Below, piece by piece: positions 16,685-16,702 of a stretch of DNA of 16,702 nt. Position 1 is the stretch's first letter. The number at the start of each line of letters is the position of its first letter. The stretch covers positions 1 through 16,702 of the forward strand of contig CAZDTP010000071.1 of the NCBI GenBank assembly GCA_964508365.1, in the 5' to 3' direction. Origin of the DNA: an uncultured archaeon (GTDB taxonomy: Archaea > Asgardarchaeota > Lokiarchaeia > Sigyniarchaeales > SOKP01). The notes beneath the pieces were generated by a model that worked only from the letters and a program-made list of their open reading frames with translations, ran no database searches and was not told where the DNA came from. A program made the position numbers and the translations under genes.

Positions 16685-16702
16685 AGTGGACCCAATTCTT
16701 TT

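Noticed and set aside
16683-16702. Possible 3' end of a convergent minus-strand gene (..KNWVH*)
   Set aside because: Too short to support.
1-16702. CRISPR array, tRNA, rRNA or transposase
   Set aside because: No regularly spaced repeats, cloverleaf, GC-rich structural RNA or DDE/recombinase ORF was seen.

Overview
AT-rich (roughly 30% GC by eye), densely coding prokaryotic window. The gene families (stand-alone 7TM protein, C-terminally extended ArsR-type wHTH, GPH/MFS transporters, Cys-type sulfatase, membrane M28 peptidase), TTTAWAWA TATA boxes and oligo-T terminators suggest an archaeon, probably Asgard/Lokiarchaeia; this is inference only. Left part, minus strand: ArsR-like regulator -> 7TM protein -> stand-alone HD hydrolase -> DUF2281-type antitoxin/PemK-MazF toxin -> 5' end of an AlaX-like tRNA editing gene. 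Divergent from the regulator is a two-gene operon: an 828-aa glycyl radical enzyme (GRE; CxE + RVxGY motifs, not canonical PFL) and a protein made of two pyridoxamine-5'-phosphate-oxidase-like split barrels. No radical-SAM activase is present in the window. This operon is the best candidate for an uncharacterised system. It is followed by an orphan sulfatase C-terminal fragment, a small membrane protein, an intact sulfatase divergent from a GPH sugar symporter, an M28 peptidase, a winged-helix/2TM protein, two unknown membrane proteins and an MFS transporter. No rRNA, tRNA, CRISPR array or transposase was seen. All family calls come from motif recognition and memory, not from database searches.
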